Positions 27,832 to 37,152 of a stretch of 64,000 bases of DNA are shown piece after piece. The stretch covers positions 1 to 64,000 of the IMG/VR virus record IMGVR_UViG_3300020460_001010; one strand, given 5' to 3'. Source of the stretch: a virus (Duplodnaviria > Caudoviricetes). Both the position numbers and the translations under genes were made by a program. Every line of letters starts with the position of its first letter. Position 1 is the first letter of the stretch. The notes below the pieces were generated by a model. The model searched no databases and was not told where the DNA came from. It saw nothing but the letters and a program-made list of their open reading frames with translations.

Positions 27832-30427
27832 AGAAAAATACGTAAAGATACGAAGGCTCAATCCAAGTAAACCGGTTGTAGTTTACTCGGGTAGTATGAT
27901 TCAGCAAAACCACGGAGAACTCCCCCGTGGTCATGGATATGTGTTGTGGGATGTAAAGGAACGCAAACCAAAGCACGTAGAGGTTCACAACGACTATGGA
28001 TATTATACTATAACCGTGCGTGATGGTGCGTGTGTTAGTGACTTGAGTCTATTGCCCAACAAGGCAAGGTTGCGAGTGAAGGTTTACAACACAACCGCAG
28101 CCGAGACCAAACAGATACTTGCGGACATTCGTAAGCATACAAGTATCACGGATTTGAATGTTACGAGGTGCGATGCAATTTCAGAAGCAAAAAAGTTTGA
28201 TAGAGATAGTCAGTTTAATTTTGGTGACATAACACAGACATCTGTTCAGAATGACTTGATAGAAGATTATTTAACTCGTAATTTTGTTGTAGACGAGGAG
28301 CAGATAAAAACCGCACTTGATATAAACAAGGAGGTCAATGGAAAGTTGACTATCAAGGAAATACTTCGCAATTGTATTTGGAAACCCAAGACATTTGAGT
28401 TCGGAAATATGTTCAGTTATGGTGACGGAAACGTTATTGACTTTTCCAACATGAAAAGTGTCATGGGGTTGTTTGCTTCAAATGCTTCGGGTAAGAGTTC
28501 CATTATGAGTGCTTTGAGTTTCTGTTTGTTTGACAAATGCGATAGAGCATTCAAGGCAGCTCATGTGCTTAATACAACTTGTAGTGATTTTAAGTGTAAG
28601 TTGAATTTTGAAATTGAAGGTGTGGATTATTATATTGAACGAGTGGCCACCACCAAAAAGAATGGAGATGTAACTGTCTCGGTTGACTTTTGGAAAGTTG
28701 ACGAAAATGGAGATACGGTTTCGTTGAACGGAGAGATGAGGTCGGGTACTAATGCGATTATTCGTGACCACGTAGGTTCGTATGATGACTTTGTTCTTAC
28801 CACACTCAGTTTGCAGAATAATAATTCTATTTTTATAGATAAAAGTCAAAGTGAAAGAAAAGACCTTCTTGCACAATTCATGGGTATTGATATATTTGAT
28901 AGACTTCACTCAACTGCATCGGAAGATATTAAGGAGGTTAATGCGTTGCTTAAAAGATTTAATCGTGAAGATTTCAGTGAGATTCTCGCAGAGAACCAGA
29001 AAAACTTGGAAGCTAAGGAGGGTGAGTATACTACACAACAAACTTTAACCGAGGGATATGTCACGAAGCAACGAAAGTTGAATGAAAAACTAGTTAAGAT
29101 AAACTCCGAATACAAGACGTGTTCTACTGAAGAGCAAGATTTGGATTTGGATGAACTTGAGTTTGAACAAAAGAATCTGCAAGAAAGATTAACCACTGCA
29201 AATTCCACCAGAGAGTCCACGTCCAATGAAAAACGACAACTTGCTACAAAAAGAAAAGAAGTGAAGAATTTGGTTGCTACACATGAAAAGAATGAAGTGG
29301 AGTTTGAGAGGGAACGAGTTGAGCAAGTTCAAAAGAAACTTGTGGTGGTTGATAAAGACCTTGCGGTATTACGAACTTCGGTTAATGCTAAGTTGGATAA
29401 GTTAAAGCATTTCAAGGATCATGATTATGACCCCGAGTGTGAGTATTGCGTAAAAAATGCAAAGAGTATTATAGAATCAAAAGATGAAACCCGCAAAGCA
29501 CTTGATAAAGATAAAGCAGAAGCAAACAAGTTGGTGGAACTTAGAAATGGTTATTTGGAAGATTTGGGTGATGCCGATGAAATTGAGACAAACTACAAAG
29601 AACTTAGAGATGCACGTAATGAAGTTAGGCAATTGTCGTATGAAATAAATGAAAAGGATAGCAAGATACTTGCGTTGTCTTCTATGATAGAGTCGTTGGA
29701 AAAGGATATAAAAATAAATGCAGATAAGATTGTTATGTACCACGAATGCCGTGATACCATATTGTTCAATAAAGAACTTAAAAAGTCTGCGTCTTTGATT
29801 CAAGACGAATTAAAAGTAGTTGATTCTGATGTTGAACGAGAAACTGCTAAGTCTCAAGTTCTGTTTGGTGAAGTAAAGGTGTTTGAAAAAGAACACGATG
29901 ATATTCTGAAATCCATTGAAGAGGCAAAGGGATTTGAACGAAAGAAACGTGGTTATGAATTATACTTGGATGCGGTTAAACGAGATGGTATTCCGTATGA
30001 ACTGATTTCCCAAACAATTCCGAGTATTGAAAGTGAAGTGAATAATATTCTATCACAAATCGTTGATTTTACTATGCAACTTGAAATGGACGGAAAGCAC
30101 ATCTACTCTAAGATTGTATACGAAGACAGACATTGGCCACTCGAAATGTGTAGTGGAATGGAACGGTTTATCAGCAGTATTGCTATGCGAGTTGCACTCA
30201 TAAACGTCTCAAGTCTACCGAGGTCTAATTTCTTGGCAATTGATGAGGGTTGGGGTTCGTTGGACGGAGACAACATCAATAGTGTATTTAATCTATTTAC
30301 TTACCTAAAAGGTCAGTTTGAGTTTATTCTTGTAATCAGTCACCTTGATATTATGCGTGACATGGTTGATGAGATTATAGAAATTCAATCTAAAGATGGA
30401 TATAGTCGGATAAAATATGGGGTATAA
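27821..30427 (+). CDS. sbcC: C-terminal SbcD segment fused to SbcC/Rad50 (gp46-like) ABC ATPase
   Basis: N-terminal VVYSGSMIQQNHGE..HGYVLWD; Walker A ASNASGKSS; coiled coil with CEYC hook; signature CSGME; Walker B AIDEGWGSLD; ISHL. Confidence 0.9.
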   Translation: METKEKYVKIRRLNPSKPVVVYSGSMIQQNHGELPRGHGYVLWDVKERKPKHVEVHNDYGYYTITVRDGACVSDLSLLPNKARLRVKVYNTTAAETKQILADIRKHTSITDLNVTRCDAISEAKKFDRDSQFNFGDITQTSVQNDLIEDYLTRNFVVDEEQIKTALDINKEVNGKLTIKEILRNCIWKPKTFEFGNMFSYGDGNVIDFSNMKSVMGLFASNASGKSSIMSALSFCLFDKCDRAFKAAHVLNTTCSDFKCKLNFEIEGVDYYIERVATTKKNGDVTVSVDFWKVDENGDTVSLNGEMRSGTNAIIRDHVGSYDDFVLTTLSLQNNNSIFIDKSQSERKDLLAQFMGIDIFDRLHSTASEDIKEVNALLKRFNREDFSEILAENQKNLEAKEGEYTTQQTLTEGYVTKQRKLNEKLVKINSEYKTCSTEEQDLDLDELEFEQKNLQERLTTANSTRESTSNEKRQLATKRKEVKNLVATHEKNEVEFERERVEQVQKKLVVVDKDLAVLRTSVNAKLDKLKHFKDHDYDPECEYCVKNAKSIIESKDETRKALDKDKAEANKLVELRNGYLEDLGDADEIETNYKELRDARNEVRQLSYEINEKDSKILALSSMIESLEKDIKINADKIVMYHECRDTILFNKELKKSASLIQDELKVVDSDVERETAKSQVLFGEVKVFEKEHDDILKSIEEAKGFERKKRGYELYLDAVKRDGIPYELISQTIPSIESEVNNILSQIVDFTMQLEMDGKHIYSKIVYEDRHWPLEMCSGMERFISSIAMRVALINVSSLPRSNFLAIDEGWGSLDGDNINSVFNLFTYLKGQFEFILVISHLDIMRDMVDEIIEIQSKDGYSRIKYGV

Positions 30428-30442
30428 ACATATTTAGATATA

Positions 30443-30450
30443 TATTTATT
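30443..30450 (+). promoter_or_regulatory. TATTTATT putative late promoter
   Basis: Recurrent motif at the head of the 30473-37114 cluster. Confidence 0.55.
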
Positions 30451-30472
30451 GTATCTAAGGACGTTTGTATCT

Positions 30473-31519
30473 ATGGAAAATTCCGACAAAAAGCAAGAAC
30501 TTGAAGAAACTCTAATTCAAGCAGGACTTCGCAAGGGTTATTTTACTCTAGTTGAGGGTGTATATGATCCTGGTATTTTGAAGGCAGTATTTCTTGCCGG
30601 TGGTCCTGGTTCTGGTAAGTCAGCAGTAATAGACACTGTGTTTAATGTTGCTCCTGAAGCAAAGTCTTTGACATCTTCTGGATTGAAAATAGTGAATAGT
30701 GATAGTTCGTTTGAACATTTGCTTAAGAAAGCAGGTCATAGTTTGGACTTGGGTTCATTGGATGACGAGGTGTTTAATCAAATTACAAGTGATGACCCAA
30801 ACTCAATTCGTTCCAAGGCAAAGCAAATAATGTTACAACAATTTGCTCATTACAAAAACGGAAGACTTGGTGTTATTATTGACGGAACGGGTGATGACTA
30901 TGCTAAAATATCCAAGCAAAAGAAAGAGTTGGAAAAACTTGGTTATGATTGCTATATGGTGTTTGTTAATACTTCACTTGAAGTTGCTCAACAAAGAAAC
31001 GCATTTCGTGCAAGAAAACTTCCAAGGAAATTAGTGAAAGCAGTTTGGACTGACGTGCAAAAAAACATGGGAAGATTCCAAAGTGCATTCAAGCAAAATT
31101 TCACCATCATAGATAATTCAGAAGATTTAAGAAGTAAGACAAAACCAGGAAAACTTGATCTTGCTCCTTTTATATTAAAAGCAACTGCAAAGTTTGTTGC
31201 AAAACCAATTCGCAATCCAATTGGAAAAGAGTGGATTAGTTTGATGATGAAACATGACAAGGTTACCAAAAGTGGTGATAAACGCAACAGACTTCGTGAA
31301 GACGAAGATACCGAGAGTGAAACAGACCCATTGGAGGATGTGACACTACCAATGGATCTGGAGAGATATTTGGGCAGAACTATCCACATCATAGAAAAGT
31401 TCGATTTGCAACCAAGAAAGAATCTTGCAGTTTTGTCGAGGTTGGTTGATAGTTTAGAACTTAATAAAAATCAATTTATTAGATTTTTTAATAAAATAAA
31501 GGCAAGTAAGTTTGACTAA
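30473..31519 (+). CDS. P-loop kinase (zeta-toxin/AAA_33/polynucleotide-kinase-like)
   Basis: AVFLAGGPGSGKS, VNSD, IIDGTG, lid VNTSLEVAQQRNAFRAR. Confidence 0.8.
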   Translation: MENSDKKQELEETLIQAGLRKGYFTLVEGVYDPGILKAVFLAGGPGSGKSAVIDTVFNVAPEAKSLTSSGLKIVNSDSSFEHLLKKAGHSLDLGSLDDEVFNQITSDDPNSIRSKAKQIMLQQFAHYKNGRLGVIIDGTGDDYAKISKQKKELEKLGYDCYMVFVNTSLEVAQQRNAFRARKLPRKLVKAVWTDVQKNMGRFQSAFKQNFTIIDNSEDLRSKTKPGKLDLAPFILKATAKFVAKPIRNPIGKEWISLMMKHDKVTKSGDKRNRLREDEDTESETDPLEDVTLPMDLERYLGRTIHIIEKFDLQPRKNLAVLSRLVDSLELNKNQFIRFFNKIKASKFD

Positions 31520-31887
31520 TGGATCATGATGTTCGTATCGATACCAACCAATTGATTTCAGAATTGATTTCAGAATCTCTTGGGGACACCTGGAAACTTG
31601 AATTGGCTGCGACTGGAAAAAAATTCAGTTATGCTTCAAAGAGAGATGGTAATAGGTCGTGGGCAGACAAGATGGCAAAGAAACTTGTAAAAGATTCAAT
31701 TGAGGATTATGAGTTTATAGGGATATTCAGTGAGGGTGAGTCCTCCGAGGGTCCCATACTCACGGGTGTCGTTTATCATTGTACTGAATTTTACTTAAAA
31801 AAGTCACCATATATGTACTTTGAGAAAAAGGATGCGTGTAAAATTGTATTTAAAACAAAAAAACCAACTGAATATATAGAAGGGTAA
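31519..31887 (+). CDS. Hypothetical protein (LISELISE leader)
   Basis: Translationally coupled ORF. Confidence 0.7.
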   Translation: MDHDVRIDTNQLISELISESLGDTWKLELAATGKKFSYASKRDGNRSWADKMAKKLVKDSIEDYEFIGIFSEGESSEGPILTGVVYHCTEFYLKKSPYMYFEKKDACKIVFKTKKPTEYIEG

Positions 31888-31889
31888 TT

Positions 31890-32414
31890 ATGGGTATTGA
31901 AGAGTATAAGAGATATAAAGATGATCCGTTTTGGATGAAGTCAAAATACGATGGAGTTTCCGGTGAGCAAAGATTACCAGTTCAACGCAGATTGCGAAAG
32001 GGCGGTGTTAAGTTTAAGAAGGGTGATGAAATATTGTATTACCCTAAAGGTAAAGTGATATTGGTTGGAAAAGACGCAGAGCAAGCATGGAGAGATTTCC
32101 AGGCAGCTGCCCAAGACGAAGATTTTTATATGTCTCAATATGAGGAGTCGATAATGGAAAAACAAATACAAGAAAAATATGATAGTTCGGAATACAAGAA
32201 GGCAATCAAGTTTATGTCGGGATTGCATTCAAGTATCTTGAAGGCACGTGATAAAGTAATTCGTTGGTTAGAACGAAAAGGTTTTAACAAGATAGCAGAT
32301 GATATTGATGATATGAATTCAAAGGAATGGAATGCCTTTTTGTCCAATAAAGTATATGAGCAGAAATTGCGAAATGAAATTCGGACCATGTTGACTGAAC
32401 TACTAAATAAATGA
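31890..32414 (+). CDS. Hypothetical protein, probably head-associated
   Basis: Coupled ORF; C-terminal EQKLRNEIRTMLTE helix. Confidence 0.7.
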   Translation: MGIEEYKRYKDDPFWMKSKYDGVSGEQRLPVQRRLRKGGVKFKKGDEILYYPKGKVILVGKDAEQAWRDFQAAAQDEDFYMSQYEESIMEKQIQEKYDSSEYKKAIKFMSGLHSSILKARDKVIRWLERKGFNKIADDIDDMNSKEWNAFLSNKVYEQKLRNEIRTMLTELLNK

Positions 32415-34933
32415 CAAAAAATCGGACAGACGCACTCACTTCTGATCTAACGGAGTATATGCTTGGTGATTTACTTGCCGAAGCACCCAAGATTACAAAG
32501 GTGATTGGAATATATCCTGGTAGATTTCAACCTGCTGGATTGCACCACTATAAAACATATAAGTGGTTGGACAAACAATTTGACGAAGCATGGGTTGCGA
32601 CTAGCAACAAAACAGATGCAACTAAAAGTCCATTGAATTTTAAAGAAAAGGAAATGATATGGACAAAGCATAAAGTAAAGAATGTTGTTCAAGTTAAGAA
32701 TCCGTATGTGTGTGAAGAATTATTAAAAAAGTATGACCCGAACAAAACTGCGGTGGTTTATATTTTTGGTGCTAAAGATGCAGGTAGATTGAAAACAAAA
32801 AAGGTGGACGGAACTCCTGGATACTATCAGTCGTATGCAAAGAACAAAAACAATTTAGAACCATATGCCAAACACGGATATTTTATTGTTGCTCCTCATG
32901 TGAGCATCAAGGTTCTTGGAAAGGAAGTAAACGGAACATATATTCGTGAACTTCTTGGTAGTCCAAAGTATACAGATGCACAAAGAGTAGAAGCATTTGA
33001 GCAATTGTTTGGTTGGTATGACGAAAAGATTTATGTGTATTTGAAAAAGAAGTTTAGTACTTTGTTTGAAAACGAAGAAATTTTTGAGGGATTTCTTCGT
33101 GAATATCCTGGAATTGAAACTTTCGTAAATACCCTACCCAGAGATATATTGGAACTTAGTAGTGTTTCTGGATTGGGAAAGACGATGGTCGATGATGGAC
33201 CTACTGGATATTTTCCAGGAGACGCATATGAAACTCATACCAAAGGTCGTGCGGAGATGCTTGGGTATGAAGTATTGGATTATGTGGTTGGGAAGAATTC
33301 TACATCACGGAATTCTGATTATAGAATGTGGGGGGATTATTCTGGTCCCGTACCAAGTGTTTCATTTTTTCCATCTGGGGACATTGATGAGAAGACACCA
33401 ACCAATCAAATAGAATTCGAAAATTCAAAGAAGGCATATGCCACTTGGGAAAACTTCATAAAATCATCCGCAGAGGTAGTCGGATTTAAGATTGTGGATT
33501 TTCTTGGTGCGGATATGTCCATCCGCAAACGTGACGAGCAGGGTGATGAGGATATGGAATCCAAGTTTGTTATTGATGCCGAAGAGTCGGAAGATGCTGA
33601 CGAGATTGAATCAGGTGTCGAGGGTCAACTGGTAAGTGAAAGTAAACTTATAACAGAGGGTGGAGCTGCGGGTCATATGAGCCATCCATTTGATGATAGG
33701 GAATTAACGTTTGCAGACCTCAAGGAAATGATTCGTAGATCTTTATCAGGTGAACTAAATGTTGAGAAGGAAGTCACGGAAAAACTTGATGGACAAAACC
33801 TAATGTTCAGTTGGAAAGACGGAAAACTAATATCGGCAAGAAACAAAGGTCATCTTAAGAATGCAGGCGCAGCTGCTCCAGATGTTGCCGGTATTGAAGA
33901 AATGTTTTCGGAAAAACCAGAAAATATCCGTGACGCATTCGTGGCCGCAGTCAAGGATTTGTCTACGGCAATATCCAAGTTAAGTGATGCTCAGAAGAAT
34001 AAGGTGTTTAAGGAAGGTGAACGATTTATGAACATCGAGGTAATGACACCCGCAACACAGAATGTCATACCACAGAACAAAGATATGTTGGTATTCCACG
34101 GAACACAGGCATACGATTCGGCCGGATTGCCAGTATCAGTAGATTCTGATGGGAATGATATAACTGGTGAACTTAAAGGTTCTGCGAAAATGTTGGAGGG
34201 AATGCTTCGACAAATCAATGCTAATATTCAAAGTCGGTATTCGTTAAATGCACCGATTGTTGTGGAATTGCCTAAAAGCAAATCTTTCGGTGAATCCCTC
34301 GCAAAGTATTCTGCTATGATAGATAAACTTAAAAAAGAATTTAATTTAAAAAATAACGATAAGATAATGAAGTATCATGATGCATGGTGGAGAAATCTTT
34401 TGAATAAACAACAAGCACAAAAGAAAGAAGTATTTCCGTCAAACGTATATGAAGCACTGATAGGTAGGTGGGCATATAACGACAAATCAAACAAGATTAC
34501 AACGATACGTATGGATCTGTCCAAGCAACCCAAACTACTTGCGTGGGTAAACAAATTTGAAAAAGAAGATATAGTAAAGCAGTTTGAAAAGAATATGTGG
34601 CCATTTCAATTCATCTTTTTGAAGTTGGGTGCAGAAGTGTTACAAAACGTAAAAGGATTTGTGGCAGCCGGTGGTTCTGACGATATTGCTAAAGCATTGG
34701 ATACCCACATCAAAACTCTGGAGAAAAAGAAAATGAGCTCTGTGGAATCCACGGAGAAGTTTAAGAAAGACATGGAGAAGTTGAACAAGAATCTTGCTCG
34801 TTTGAATGCCATAGGAGGAACGGATGCGATTGCACCTTCGGAGGGAATTGTATTCCAATATAAAGGGGGTACATATAAATTGACAGGCACTTTCGCACCG
34901 ATAAACCAAATTATGGGTATAATGAGGTTTTAA
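32411..34933 (+). CDS. Multidomain protein: cytidylyltransferase-like (HxGH-type) NTase, middle domain, and C-terminal KxDG ligase-like domain
   Basis: IYPGRFQPAGLHH, SPLNFKEK, VKNPY, FGAKDAGRL, NGTYIR; after LITE: GGAAGHMSHPFDD, TEKLDGQN, NIEV, EGIVF, YKLTG. Confidence 0.75.
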   Translation: MTKNRTDALTSDLTEYMLGDLLAEAPKITKVIGIYPGRFQPAGLHHYKTYKWLDKQFDEAWVATSNKTDATKSPLNFKEKEMIWTKHKVKNVVQVKNPYVCEELLKKYDPNKTAVVYIFGAKDAGRLKTKKVDGTPGYYQSYAKNKNNLEPYAKHGYFIVAPHVSIKVLGKEVNGTYIRELLGSPKYTDAQRVEAFEQLFGWYDEKIYVYLKKKFSTLFENEEIFEGFLREYPGIETFVNTLPRDILELSSVSGLGKTMVDDGPTGYFPGDAYETHTKGRAEMLGYEVLDYVVGKNSTSRNSDYRMWGDYSGPVPSVSFFPSGDIDEKTPTNQIEFENSKKAYATWENFIKSSAEVVGFKIVDFLGADMSIRKRDEQGDEDMESKFVIDAEESEDADEIESGVEGQLVSESKLITEGGAAGHMSHPFDDRELTFADLKEMIRRSLSGELNVEKEVTEKLDGQNLMFSWKDGKLISARNKGHLKNAGAAAPDVAGIEEMFSEKPENIRDAFVAAVKDLSTAISKLSDAQKNKVFKEGERFMNIEVMTPATQNVIPQNKDMLVFHGTQAYDSAGLPVSVDSDGNDITGELKGSAKMLEGMLRQINANIQSRYSLNAPIVVELPKSKSFGESLAKYSAMIDKLKKEFNLKNNDKIMKYHDAWWRNLLNKQQAQKKEVFPSNVYEALIGRWAYNDKSNKITTIRMDLSKQPKLLAWVNKFEKEDIVKQFEKNMWPFQFIFLKLGAEVLQNVKGFVAAGGSDDIAKALDTHIKTLEKKKMSSVESTEKFKKDMEKLNKNLARLNAIGGTDAIAPSEGIVFQYKGGTYKLTGTFAPINQIMGIMRF

Positions 34934-34934
34934 G

Positions 34935-36350
34935 ATGAAGGTAGATGAACGAACTCTTTCCAGGTCTGCACGAAGAAAGATGTCTCAACGGGCAAGAAGA
35001 ACTGCAAAAAAACGTGCGGTTAAACGAAAATCCCGTGCAAAACGAATGAAGTCAATTGAGCAATTAAAATCAAGTTCGGAGAAACTTGCTAAAAACTTAC
35101 TTGTAAAAAAACTGACAGGGGGTAAGACATATCAACAATTGTCCGTTGGAAAGAAAGAAGTGGTTGATAAGAAACTTGCAAAAAGACCCGGTATCATTAA
35201 AAAAATTGCCCGCAAATTACTACCCAAGGTAAAGGCAAAGGAGAAAGAAAGGTTAATGCGGGTTAGAAACAAATCCAAAGAACTTGCGGAGGCAGTAGAC
35301 CCACTTACGATTGCATCGATAGTTGGAATCACGGGAGGAGCAGTTGCCATTACCGCAACTCTTGCAAAAAAACTTTCGGATGTATTTTCACGCAATAATG
35401 TCAAATTTGACGTAGGTAAAACTTATAAACTTATTAAGAAAAAATACCCACATATCTTTACAATGATAAAGGATCAGAAATTTGGAAAGGGACATCTTGC
35501 AAAATTTATTAAAAAAATAAAGGATGAGATTCCTGGACTGAATAAAAATAAATCTATATATGCCACGACTAATATCATTGATCAACTTATGAAGTATCAT
35601 ATATCACACGCACTTGGGATAAATGATCCGAAACTTGATCCAGATAGATTTAAGAATGAATCAAAAGAAGGCAAGCACGGAGTGTTAACACTCAGTGTAG
35701 ATGGTTCTCAACCAAAGGTATCGGCACGATATGTGAATGGAAATTTAGAACCTTATGTTTTTAAAACACGAAAAGATGCCAAGAAACATACCGATAAGGT
35801 TGGTGGAAAACCATTTGAATCCTCCGACACTGGATTGTTTTATGTGGAGTTTACCAAACTTGACGGACCGGTAAACGAGAAAATTGAATACAAAACTGCA
35901 AACGAAATAAAGAAAGATTGGAAGAAACAATATCCCAATGATAAATTTACTTTCAAAAAAGTTCGTGCCAATGGAAATGAATTTCTTATGGTATTATCTC
36001 CAAAAGGTGTTGAACTTGAAAGATACCAATTTGTACCAAAAACAGGATGGACTGAAATGAACGAGAACAAAGATAACGAAGAAGATGTAAAAGAATTAAA
36101 AGCAATGCTTGATATTGCAAAAATGCTTAGTGATAAAAGTCCATACTTTAAGGGTCGTGGTAGCAAAAAGGAATACATCAAAATGCTTGTCCACAAAATA
36201 CAAAAGTTGTCGGAAGCAAAAAAGCAAAAGTTGATGACAAAAATGGACGCATATAAAAAGGTGCGAAAACCAACTATGCCGAAAAGCAGACCCATGAAAA
36301 ATAAAAAGGCATACGATAGAAAGGACTTAAAGAAGGGTAAATATGATTAA
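34935..36350 (+). CDS. Basic multi-module protein, probable prohead core/internal head protein
   Basis: Very Arg/Lys-rich N-terminus (RRKMSQRARRTAKKR...IARKLLPKVK); modules delimited by xxE sites. Confidence 0.65.
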   Translation: MKVDERTLSRSARRKMSQRARRTAKKRAVKRKSRAKRMKSIEQLKSSSEKLAKNLLVKKLTGGKTYQQLSVGKKEVVDKKLAKRPGIIKKIARKLLPKVKAKEKERLMRVRNKSKELAEAVDPLTIASIVGITGGAVAITATLAKKLSDVFSRNNVKFDVGKTYKLIKKKYPHIFTMIKDQKFGKGHLAKFIKKIKDEIPGLNKNKSIYATTNIIDQLMKYHISHALGINDPKLDPDRFKNESKEGKHGVLTLSVDGSQPKVSARYVNGNLEPYVFKTRKDAKKHTDKVGGKPFESSDTGLFYVEFTKLDGPVNEKIEYKTANEIKKDWKKQYPNDKFTFKKVRANGNEFLMVLSPKGVELERYQFVPKTGWTEMNENKDNEEDVKELKAMLDIAKMLSDKSPYFKGRGSKKEYIKMLVHKIQKLSEAKKQKLMTKMDAYKKVRKPTMPKSRPMKNKKAYDRKDLKKGKYD

Positions 36351-36699
36351 ACTCATGGATGCAGTCATTGGAACGGTGAGTGATAAAGTAAACATCTCCG
36401 TTCAGATCAACAAGACTAAACACGCAGGTGAACGTCAGTCTAGGCACGACCATATGCAAATATCCGAAAAGGACATTATGGATGTTGCCGACAAAGCAAT
36501 ACCTGATATTACGAAGGCATTGTTGTTTGATAGAATTGATGTGGGTGATTATATTCATGTAAAGGATAGAAAGACTGCATTGAATTTAATTGGAATACTT
36601 CAAGAGAAGTCACCCTACAATCTTATGTTTGTGGTGATGACTGTTATGGTAAAACCAAACTTTGTGGCAAAACAAGGAACATATACGATTGTTGTGTAG
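36343..36699 (+). CDS. Small protein with HAxER motif (possible BECR/RelE-like fold)
   Basis: TKHAGERQSRH..ISEKDI, terminal beta strands ending TVMVK. Confidence 0.55.
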   Translation: MIKLMDAVIGTVSDKVNISVQINKTKHAGERQSRHDHMQISEKDIMDVADKAIPDITKALLFDRIDVGDYIHVKDRKTALNLIGILQEKSPYNLMFVVMTVMVKPNFVAKQGTYTIVV

Positions 36700-36712
36700 A
36701 GGATAGCATAAC

Positions 36713-37114
36713 ATGATAAAACTGAATGGAAACATTTATTTAACAGAAGATGAGACGGAGAAGTATGTATATGATATATCGTCTAAATTCACTACATCTC
36801 ATCGAGCAATGTTGCCACGACAGATAGTTTATCTTGATGTTGATTTTGTATCGGATATCAGAGATGAGGCAAAGGAGACTTCATTATCATTGTTTTATTT
36901 GTATGGATATGGTGAACTTCATGCTCCAGTGAGAAAAATTATAGATGCGATTGCAGAACGCAAGAGACCACCGAGTTCATGTACAGAGAAGTTATATTTT
37001 ATGCAATATGATTTGTCGGACACCCAACGTAAGAAGTATAGAATTCAATATGGGAATTATTTGATAAACATATTTCTAGAAGAATGTATACTTAAATTTA
37101 AAAAGTTATCATAG
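36713..37114 (+). CDS. Hypothetical protein
   Basis: ORF with GAGGA RBS. Confidence 0.7.
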   Translation: MIKLNGNIYLTEDETEKYVYDISSKFTTSHRAMLPRQIVYLDVDFVSDIRDEAKETSLSLFYLYGYGELHAPVRKIIDAIAERKRPPSSCTEKLYFMQYDLSDTQRKKYRIQYGNYLINIFLEECILKFKKLS

Positions 37115-37117
37115 TAT

Positions 37118-37146
37118 TTGACAAAATACAAAAAAAGTGGAATAAT
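37118..37146 (+). promoter_or_regulatory. Sigma70-type promoter TTGACA-N17-AATAAT with extended -10 TG, 6 nt before ATG
   Basis: Perfect -35, 17-nt spacer. Confidence 0.6.
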
Positions 37147-37152
37147 AAGGTT

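Noticed and set aside
30473-31519. Zeta/epsilon toxin-antitoxin module
   Set aside because: No recognisable antitoxin; late-operon context and flanking xxE sites fit a virion-associated kinase better
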